Shown here in pieces: positions 57,559 through 64,000 of a DNA stretch of 64,000 nucleotides. Origin of the DNA: Candidatus Woesearchaeota archaeon. GTDB taxonomy: Archaea > Nanobdellota > Nanobdellia > Woesearchaeales > GW2011-AR4. Location of the stretch: NCBI GenBank assembly GCA_018303185.1, contig JAGVYR010000066.1:29553-93552 (forward strand), in the 5' to 3' direction. The notes under the pieces are model-generated. The model saw nothing but the letters and a program-made list of their open reading frames with translations, was not told the DNA's origin and ran no database searches. The first letter of the stretch is position 1, and the number at the start of each line of letters is the position of its first letter. The position numbers and the translations under genes were made by a program.

Positions 57559-58434
57559 ATGAAAATGAAGATTTGCGGCATTGACGAGGCCGGCCGCGGC
57601 CCATTGATTGGCCCTCTTGTAATGTGCGGCGTGCTGATAGGGGAGAAAGACGAAGCTAAACTGAAGGCTATCGGCGTTAAAGATTCTAAGCTTCTTCTCC
57701 CGGAAAAAAGGGAAGAGCTGTTTGAAAAGATAAAGGATATTGTGAAAGGCTTTGAGCTCATAGAGATACAGCCTGAGGAGATTGACAATGCCGTGAACGG
57801 GAAAGGCGGGCTGAACCTGAACAGGCTTGAGGCAAGAAAAAGCGCCGAAATTATAAACGCCCTCAATCCTGAAAAGGCGATAATTGACGCACCGAGCAAC
57901 AACATAGAAGTCTACAAAGGCTATTTCTCAAAATTTGTAAAGAACAAAAAAATAAAACTGGTCTTTGAGCACAAGGCCGATTTCAATTATCCTGTCGTGG
58001 CCGCTGCCTCAGTACTTGCAAAAGTCACAAGGGACAGGGCAATTGAAAGCATAAAGAAAAAGATAAGGAAGGATTTCGGCTCAGGCTACATGTCCGACCC
58101 GAAGACGGTGAAATTTTTGGAGGAAAACATTGGCAGGTATCCTGAGCTGTTCAGGAAAAGCTGGATGCCTTACATGGAGATGAAGGGGAAAAAGCTGCAG
58201 AGCAAACTTGATGATTTCTCAAAATTTATAGAAACTGCAGAAGAAGGCAACAAAAGCCTCAAGGAAAAGCTGAAAAAGCTGGAAGAATTCGGATACAGGT
58301 TCATTGAAGCAAAGACAGAGCATGAGGAGCTCAGGATGAAAGGCGCATGCACAATAACATTATACAAGACAGGAAAATTGCTGATTCAGGGTCCTGAGGA
58401 AAATAGGAAAGTGCTTGAAAGGATGCTGAAATGA
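57559..58434 (+). CDS. rnhB: Ribonuclease HII
   Basis: MKICGIDEAGRGPLIGPLVMCGV... Confidence 0.85.
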   Translation: MKMKICGIDEAGRGPLIGPLVMCGVLIGEKDEAKLKAIGVKDSKLLLPEKREELFEKIKDIVKGFELIEIQPEEIDNAVNGKGGLNLNRLEARKSAEIINALNPEKAIIDAPSNNIEVYKGYFSKFVKNKKIKLVFEHKADFNYPVVAAASVLAKVTRDRAIESIKKKIRKDFGSGYMSDPKTVKFLEENIGRYPELFRKSWMPYMEMKGKKLQSKLDDFSKFIETAEEGNKSLKEKLKKLEEFGYRFIEAKTEHEELRMKGACTITLYKTGKLLIQGPEENRKVLERMLK

Positions 58435-58475
58435 GCAGAAGCCCTAAAGGCTAATGCTTCTGCGGGTCATGGATG

Positions 58476-58530
58476 CGCAAGGCGAGCGTTATGCATAGAG
58501 AGCGAGCCTCGCGGCTAACATTGCGGAGCA
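58476..58530. repeat. GC-rich 55-nt hairpin repeat, copy B
   Basis: cgcaaggcgagcgttatgcatagagagcgagcctcgcggctaacattgcggagca. Confidence 0.6.
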
Positions 58531-58640
58531 TATTTTTCCAGTTGAAAAACAGTTTTTGAAAATATACCAAATCCTCCACTACTATATGAATCCCTACATA
58601 ACAAAAACCTTTAAATACCTATATCTCATGTTCTAATCCA

Positions 58641-61600
58641 ATGAAAGAGGAAATGCAAGCGCAATCGGTAGATAATGGAGTGAGCAAGCCTACCAGGATA
58701 AACAGGATGGTAATGCACGGTTTCAAGAGCTTTGCAAAGCTCACAGAGCTTCCTTTGTCTGACGGCTTCAATGTTGTTCTCGGTCCGAACGGCTCCGGAA
58801 AGAGCAATGTAATGGATGCTTTATGCTTCGTTCTCGGAAAAAGTTCGTCAAAATCTTTAAGGGCTGAAAAATCCTCAAACCTGATCTACAATGGCGGCAA
58901 GAGCAAAAAGCCCGCAAAGCAGGGCGAAGTCTCGATTTTCTTTGACAACTCCAAAAGCACTTTCCCTGTTGATGAAAAAGAAGTCAAGATCAGCAGGATA
59001 GTCAGGCAGAACGGCCAGTCCATTTACAAGATAAACGACAGGCCCATGACAAGGCAGCAGGTCCTTGACCTTCTCTCGCACGGCCGCATCAATCCGGACG
59101 GATTCAACATAATCCTGCAGGGCGACATTGTAAGGTTTGTCGAGATGCCGCCAATCGAAAGAAGGGAGCTTATTGAGGAAGTTTCCGGCATATCAGTCTA
59201 CGAGGAAAAGAAAAGAAAGGCCATCAGCGAGCTTGAAAAAGTCGAAGAGCGCCTTAAAGAGACGGAAATAGTCCTGACAGAAAGGAATACCTACCTTAAA
59301 GAGCTGAAAAAAGACCGCGACCAGGCTCTGAAGTACAAGGACATGAATGACCGCATCCGTGAAAGCAAAGCTTCCTATCTCAGGATACAGATTGATGCAA
59401 AGGAAAAAGAAAACAGGGAAATGCAGGAAAAGCTCGACAAGACTTCTGAAGAATTGAAAAAAATCAATGAAAAAATTTCAAAGCTGAAGGAAGACAGCAG
59501 CAGGAAAAGGGATGAAATAAAAAAAATAACGCAGGATATAGAGGAGAAAGGCGAGGTTGAGCAGGTAAGGCTCAACAAGGAAATTGAGTCGCTGAAGATA
59601 GACCTTACGAGAAGCACTTCCAGGATAGATGCTCTGAAGGGCGAGCTGTCCAAGCTTGAGCAGAGGAAAAAAGACCTTAAGGATTCCATTTCTGAAGTTG
59701 ATTCAAAGATGAAGGAGCTTGCGAAAGAAAAGGAAAGCATCCAGAAAAAAATCAATGACCGCATTAAGGAAAGGAAGCTGATGGCGGACAGGATTGCCGG
59801 CTTCAGGCAGAAGCATAACCTTGAAGGCGCAAATGACATAGACAAAAAGGTTGAGGAGATAGACAAAAAAAGCGAAGAGCTCCAGAAAGAGATACAGTCA
59901 TTAAGGGAGAGGCGGCACGAATTCATAAGGAGGAAAGACGCGATAAGGCATGAGCTCAATGCGATAGAGTCCCAAATGAGCAAGGTCGCGGAAGTGGAAA
60001 AGGAGCACAAAAGCCAGATTGACGCGCTGAAGAAAAAAAGGGAGGATTTCAAAAAGCATACACTTGAGCTGAACAAAAAGCTGGATGAGGACTCCAGCCT
60101 TTCATCCCAGCTGGGGAATGCGAGGCAGAAGCTCCATGTGGCAGGCGAGGAGATTGCAAAGCTCAATGCAAGGCAGATGAGCATAAGGGAAGTGATGCAC
60201 ACAGACACTGCAATAAAGAAGATACTTGAGGAAAGGAAAAAAAACAGGAAAATCTACGGCACTGTCGCAGAGCTGGGAAATGTGGCATCAAAATATTCCC
60301 TCGCTCTGGAAATCGCAGCGGGCCCGAGGATAAAGAACATTGTTGTTGAGGATGACAAGACAGCTTCAGATCTCATAAAATACCTCAAGCAGAACAGATT
60401 GGGTACGGCAACCTTCCTCCCATTGAACAAGATAAAGGGCCGTGATTCTAAGATCCAGGAGGATTTCAGTAAGGCGAACGGCTGCCACGGCCTGGCAATA
60501 GACCTTATTTCGTATGACAGTAAGTTCAAGAATGTTTTCTCGTATGTCTTCGGGGACGCTTTTGTTGTCGACAATATAGACGTGGCCAGGCGCCTCGGCA
60601 TCGGCAAGGCAAAATTCGTCACTCTCGACGGCGACCTGGCAGAGTTCAGCGGCGCGATGCATGGAGGATTCAGGGACAAAAAAAGGCAGGGCATGGGATT
60701 CAAGGAATCGGACTTAAACAAGGATATTGAGAAATACGATGGCATGGCTGCAGAGCTTCAGGGCACAATTGACATTCTCGAAAAAAGAAGAAAAGAAAAC
60801 GAAGCCGCTATCCAGGAGCTGAGACAGCTGAAAGCGGGCCTTGAGGGCGAGATAATAAAAACTGAAAAATCCCTTCATCTTGAGGACAGCGACCTTGGAG
60901 CCTCAAAAGACAAAAAGGCGGAGCTTGGGAAGCAGGACAAAAAGCTTGATGAAGGGGCCATGGAGCTCAACGGCGCCCTTTCAAAGAAAAACGCAGAGCT
61001 GATGCAGCTTAAAGTGGAAAAGCAGAAGCTCCGCAGCCAGATTTCGCAGCTGAGAAACCCCACCCTTATAGCGGAACTGAACACTTTCGAGCAGAAGATG
61101 CAGGAATTCAGCGAGGAGATAATAACCCTAAACTCTGAGATGAAAAGCATGGACACGCAGATGACGGAGATATACAGCAGCGAGATAGAAAAAACGCAGA
61201 AGATACTGAAGCAGCACGAAAAGGATGCGGAATTATTCCAGAAAGAGCTCAGGGAGCTGAATCTGAAAGTGAAGGAGAAGGAAAAAATCCTGAATGAAAG
61301 GGAAAAGGCGGCCCAGGAATTCTATGCAAAATTCAAGAGCCTCTTCGCCGAAAGGGGCAAAATTGAGTCTGATATCCAGAAAAATGAAGTGGACATGGGA
61401 AAGCACATAGACAGCAGCAGGCAGGTCGAGATAAGAAACAATACCCTTTCCCTCAAGATAGCGGAGATAAAGGCTATTTTGTCCGGGCTGCAGCAGGAAT
61501 TTTCCCAATATGAGGGTGTGAAGCTTGACCTCGAGAAGAGCGAGGAGCAGCTTAAGAATGAAATAAGGAAATTTGAAAAGATGAAAGAGGAGATAGGCTC

Positions 61601-62183
61601 TGTCAATATGCGCGCCCTGGAAATTTACGAGGAGGTTGAGAAGCAGTATAATATCCTTATGGAGAAGAAAGACAAGCTAGTGAAGGAGAAGGAGGATGTC
61701 GTCCAGATGATGGAAGAGATAGAGGCAAAGAAAAAGGACCTTTTCTTGAAAAACTTCGACATTGTCAACACAAAGTTCAAGCACAACTTTTCGCAGCTTT
61801 CAACAAAAGGAGATGCGTATCTTGTGCTTGAGGACCCGGAAAACATTTTTGAGGCTGGTGTAAGAATCAATGTCAAGATAACAGGAAGCAAGTTCATGGA
61901 CATACGCTCCTTGTCTGGAGGGGAGAAGACAATGACTGCGCTTGCATTCATATTCGCGATACAGGAATACCAGCCGGCATCTTTCTATGTGCTTGACGAA
62001 GTGGACGCAGCCTTGGACAAGCACAACAGCGAGAAGCTGGCAAAGCTCGTAAGAAGCTACTGCACCACAGCGCAATACCTTGTCATAAGCCACAACGATT
62101 CTTTGATATCAGAAGCTGACACCCTCTACGGGACTTCAATGAACGAGCACGGGATAACGCAGATTCTCAGCCTGAAGGTTTGA
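58641..62183 (+). CDS. smc: SMC (structural maintenance of chromosomes) protein
   Basis: N-terminal Walker A (VLGPNGSGKSNVMDAL), long coiled coils, a hinge, and a C-terminal signature LSGGEKTMTALAFIFAI plus Walker B (FYVLDEVDAALD). The true start is possibly at MVMHGFKSF. Confidence 0.85.
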   Translation: MKEEMQAQSVDNGVSKPTRINRMVMHGFKSFAKLTELPLSDGFNVVLGPNGSGKSNVMDALCFVLGKSSSKSLRAEKSSNLIYNGGKSKKPAKQGEVSIFFDNSKSTFPVDEKEVKISRIVRQNGQSIYKINDRPMTRQQVLDLLSHGRINPDGFNIILQGDIVRFVEMPPIERRELIEEVSGISVYEEKKRKAISELEKVEERLKETEIVLTERNTYLKELKKDRDQALKYKDMNDRIRESKASYLRIQIDAKEKENREMQEKLDKTSEELKKINEKISKLKEDSSRKRDEIKKITQDIEEKGEVEQVRLNKEIESLKIDLTRSTSRIDALKGELSKLEQRKKDLKDSISEVDSKMKELAKEKESIQKKINDRIKERKLMADRIAGFRQKHNLEGANDIDKKVEEIDKKSEELQKEIQSLRERRHEFIRRKDAIRHELNAIESQMSKVAEVEKEHKSQIDALKKKREDFKKHTLELNKKLDEDSSLSSQLGNARQKLHVAGEEIAKLNARQMSIREVMHTDTAIKKILEERKKNRKIYGTVAELGNVASKYSLALEIAAGPRIKNIVVEDDKTASDLIKYLKQNRLGTATFLPLNKIKGRDSKIQEDFSKANGCHGLAIDLISYDSKFKNVFSYVFGDAFVVDNIDVARRLGIGKAKFVTLDGDLAEFSGAMHGGFRDKKRQGMGFKESDLNKDIEKYDGMAAELQGTIDILEKRRKENEAAIQELRQLKAGLEGEIIKTEKSLHLEDSDLGASKDKKAELGKQDKKLDEGAMELNGALSKKNAELMQLKVEKQKLRSQISQLRNPTLIAELNTFEQKMQEFSEEIITLNSEMKSMDTQMTEIYSSEIEKTQKILKQHEKDAELFQKELRELNLKVKEKEKILNEREKAAQEFYAKFKSLFAERGKIESDIQKNEVDMGKHIDSSRQVEIRNNTLSLKIAEIKAILSGLQQEFSQYEGVKLDLEKSEEQLKNEIRKFEKMKEEIGSVNMRALEIYEEVEKQYNILMEKKDKLVKEKEDVVQMMEEIEAKKKDLFLKNFDIVNTKFKHNFSQLSTKGDAYLVLEDPENIFEAGVRINVKITGSKFMDIRSLSGGEKTMTALAFIFAIQEYQPASFYVLDEVDAALDKHNSEKLAKLVRSYCTTAQYLVISHNDSLISEADTLYGTSMNEHGITQILSLKV

Positions 62184-62229
62184 AATATTGCAGAGCGTAG
62201 TTTCTACTTATAAGTGATGTAAATAATAA

Positions 62230-63345
62230 GGCTTAAATGAGGCAATTGACAAATTCAATTTTTATATAGCAACAACGATTTTTGAACTTGAATTCTCTTC
62301 ATTTTTGATAACAATTTGAATTGTTCTAAAACAAATGAAAACGCAATTATATTCTCAACAGTTGTCTTTTTTATCGTATGACTTTTCTTTACTTTATTTT
62401 GTATTAAACAAATCTGCGTATAAATTTTTGAGTAACTGTTGACTCTTTCTATGCTTGTTCTTTTCTTAAATTCTTCCATTACAAATTCATTATTTTTATA
62501 GACGGGATTGATTTTAAAATGCCAATCTGTCATCGGTAAATCAATTCGTTCTGTAATTCCTGAAGCCCTTTGATTGTATCCAACCAAAGGAATTTTGTGC
62601 TGGACTAAAATTATTATTTCGTGCATTTCACGAAAATCGAAAATACCATCCATAGTTATAAAAATATTATTTTTGCTATCATCAACTTGTTTTTCTTTTA
62701 GCAACTCTTTCGCCAAATTTATCTGTCCTTCTCTTGCATAGCCAACTAAAAATCTTCTTGCTATTTGATGTTTTGTAGACGCTAAAATCATTAGCCAAAA
62801 TCCATGAAATTTCTTTTTGTCGCTTTTTGCTCCAAAGTGGTATCTGTCAAAACTCATGTCATCGTTTTCAAAAGCTCTGCTTTTTTCCAAAATTCCATCG
62901 AGAAAATTAAAAATTTCTACAAATTTATAGGAAAATTTCTTTTCGAATTTGCTTAAAGTATCATGACTCGGGATTTTTTGAAAGCCGCAAAATTCCAGAT
63001 AAGACTTATTTTCTTGCAATCTGTTCACCAAAATTGTGTTATCATCTATCAGAAGATACGATTTCAAAATAAATGACTTAAACAAATTTACATACCCAAA
63101 CTCTCTTTTCCTGCCACGACGAGAAAACCTTGATTTGCCTAATATTTGCTTGATGGGAAGCCAGTCAAACTCTTGGATTAGGCTTTTTAAATGTAGAAAT
63201 TCTCGGTAATTTTGCATAAAAAGTGCACCTCTTTTATCATATTACCGACTAGAAATTTGGTGCTTTAAATGCTTTGCGTGTATTCTGTCGTCTAGAAAGT
63301 TATTTTTTGTCATCTAAAAAAATTAAGCGATTGCCTCTTAAATAA
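62230..63345. mobile_element. IS4/IS5-superfamily insertion sequence (single transposase ORF, imperfect terminal inverted repeats)
   Basis: The IR core is GAGGCAATTG (62239-48) versus the reverse complement of 63328-37 (GAGGCAATCG). The element is AT-rich and encodes the 62255..63217 transposase. Confidence 0.5.
62255..63217 (-). CDS. IS5/IS4-like DDE transposase
   Basis: The N-terminal SRRGRKREFGYVNLFKSFILKSYLLIDDNTILVNRLQENKSYLEFCGF is an InsH-type N-domain. It is followed by a DDE region. Confidence 0.55.
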   Translation of the reverse strand: MQNYREFLHLKSLIQEFDWLPIKQILGKSRFSRRGRKREFGYVNLFKSFILKSYLLIDDNTILVNRLQENKSYLEFCGFQKIPSHDTLSKFEKKFSYKFVEIFNFLDGILEKSRAFENDDMSFDRYHFGAKSDKKKFHGFWLMILASTKHQIARRFLVGYAREGQINLAKELLKEKQVDDSKNNIFITMDGIFDFREMHEIIILVQHKIPLVGYNQRASGITERIDLPMTDWHFKINPVYKNNEFVMEEFKKRTSIERVNSYSKIYTQICLIQNKVKKSHTIKKTTVENIIAFSFVLEQFKLLSKMKRIQVQKSLLLYKN

Positions 63346-63704
63346 CATGCGATATTATTCAGCCTATGGGCGATTCAAACGCAGGGAAGGCAACCCCGGA
63401 TTACTCAAGATTGGAAGTCTATGCTCTTGTCTTTGGTTTTGACACAAGAGCGGGCCTGCCAAATATGGTTGTGCAGGTTTGCCAACCAAGATTCTGGGCT
63501 GCTAAATTTTATCATTCAGATAAAGGGCAGCAAATACACAGGAGCGATTCGCTCAAATTTAGCCCTAATATGCTGAGAGGCGGATTGGGATAAAAAAGAA
63601 GAATTTGAAAAAATAAATGGTTCCTATAAAGTTATATCCGATGAGTGGTGGGGGTTTGTGCACAAAAACAGATAAGGGCAAGAGCGGATAAAAAAATCAA
63701 GAAT

Positions 63705-63909
63705 GCGTCGGCCGGGACTTTCAAAGCTGCGCTCGCTTTAAGGGCAAGCATCAGTTGTTCGAACCCGGATAGGCGGCTGTCTTCGCTAGAAGACCCGGCG
63801 GATTCCGCAGGAATTCTAGCGCATGGAAGGCCGCAGTCATTTACAGCGCGCTAGCGCTGTAAGCCAGCGAATCTTTGATTCTAGCGCGTAGCCGTTAGAC
63901 CACCGACGC
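63705..63909 (+). ncRNA. Candidate GC-rich structured RNA of unknown identity at the right end of the window
   Basis: A 7-bp terminal helix gcgtcgg(63705-11)/ccgacgc(63903-09) encloses about 190 nt. That segment has strong local hairpins (ttacagcg-cgctag-cgctgtaa, gcgga-ttc-cgc) and three copies of TCTAGCGC-like units. Local GC is much higher than the flanks. The ORF 63645..63854 has a non-protein-like composition. Confidence 0.3.
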
Positions 63910-64000
63910 ACTTTCTCAAGGGTAAGTATTTTCTTTATAAATTTAATTGATTTGCCTGCAGGAATTGGGGGTGAGTTTGATTAAATTTATATAAGGGCAT

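Noticed and set aside
59375-60208. 277-aa Ser/Leu/Phe-rich antisense ORF inside smc, and similar antisense ORFs at 60254-61951
   Set aside because: Low-complexity antisense reading of the Lys/Glu-rich SMC coiled-coil coding sequence.
63390-63724. Possible RNase P RNA on the minus strand
   Set aside because: Two segments, GAAAGUCCCGGCC and AAUCCGGGGUU, could pair like a P4 helix. The roughly 300 nt between them are AT-rich and lack the CR-II/III motifs GGGUGAAA and GGUAAGAGC. This is too weak to call.
63366-63854. Two small plus-strand ORFs (75 aa and 69 aa)
   Set aside because: The composition is Arg/Ala-rich and non-protein-like, in the GC-rich, hairpin-dense segment. It is more plausibly non-coding RNA or structural DNA.
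1-64000. CRISPR arrays or cas genes
   Set aside because: No regularly spaced direct repeats and no Cas-like ORFs were seen anywhere in the window.

Overview
This 64 kb window reads as archaeal chromosome, about 40% GC, with the compact gene packing and unlinked 5S rRNA typical of small-genome (possibly DPANN-type) archaea. It carries Orc1/Cdc6, a COG1855 PIN-ATPase-KH protein, RNase HII, SMC, an archaeal-type initiator tRNA, intron-containing tRNAs, and an unlinked 5S rRNA.

Positions 1 to about 39.6 kb form a very large surface-glycan biosynthesis island. It holds a nonulosonic-acid (pseudaminic/legionaminic-type) pathway: a CapD/PseB-like dehydratase, DegT aminotransferases, a hexapeptide acetyltransferase, a NeuB-like synthase and a CMP-sugar synthetase. 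It also holds GDP-mannose dehydratase with a perosamine-synthase-like aminotransferase, CDP-glucose pathway genes (rfbF/rfbG), and UDP-glucose dehydrogenase with UDP-xylose synthase. There are at least six glycosyltransferases (GT2, GT4, GT-C), two Wzx-like flippases, about five SAM methyltransferases (one frameshifted), a formyltransferase, and a ribbon-helix-helix protein fused to a degenerate sugar-nucleotidyltransferase, which may be a regulator.

Embedded in the island is a tight four-gene operon: two paralogous Pol-beta-fold nucleotidyltransferases, a HIT-family protein and a PHP phosphoesterase. It is divergent from a lone APS kinase gene. This is my best candidate for an undescribed system.

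The right half holds housekeeping genes, two toxin-antitoxin pairs, an IS4/IS5-like element immediately 3' of smc, a twice-repeated GC-rich 55-nt hairpin element, and two GC-rich structured-RNA candidates. One precedes rfbF and one sits at the window's right end.

All calls rest on motif-level reading of the translated ORFs and the raw sequence; no database searches were run.
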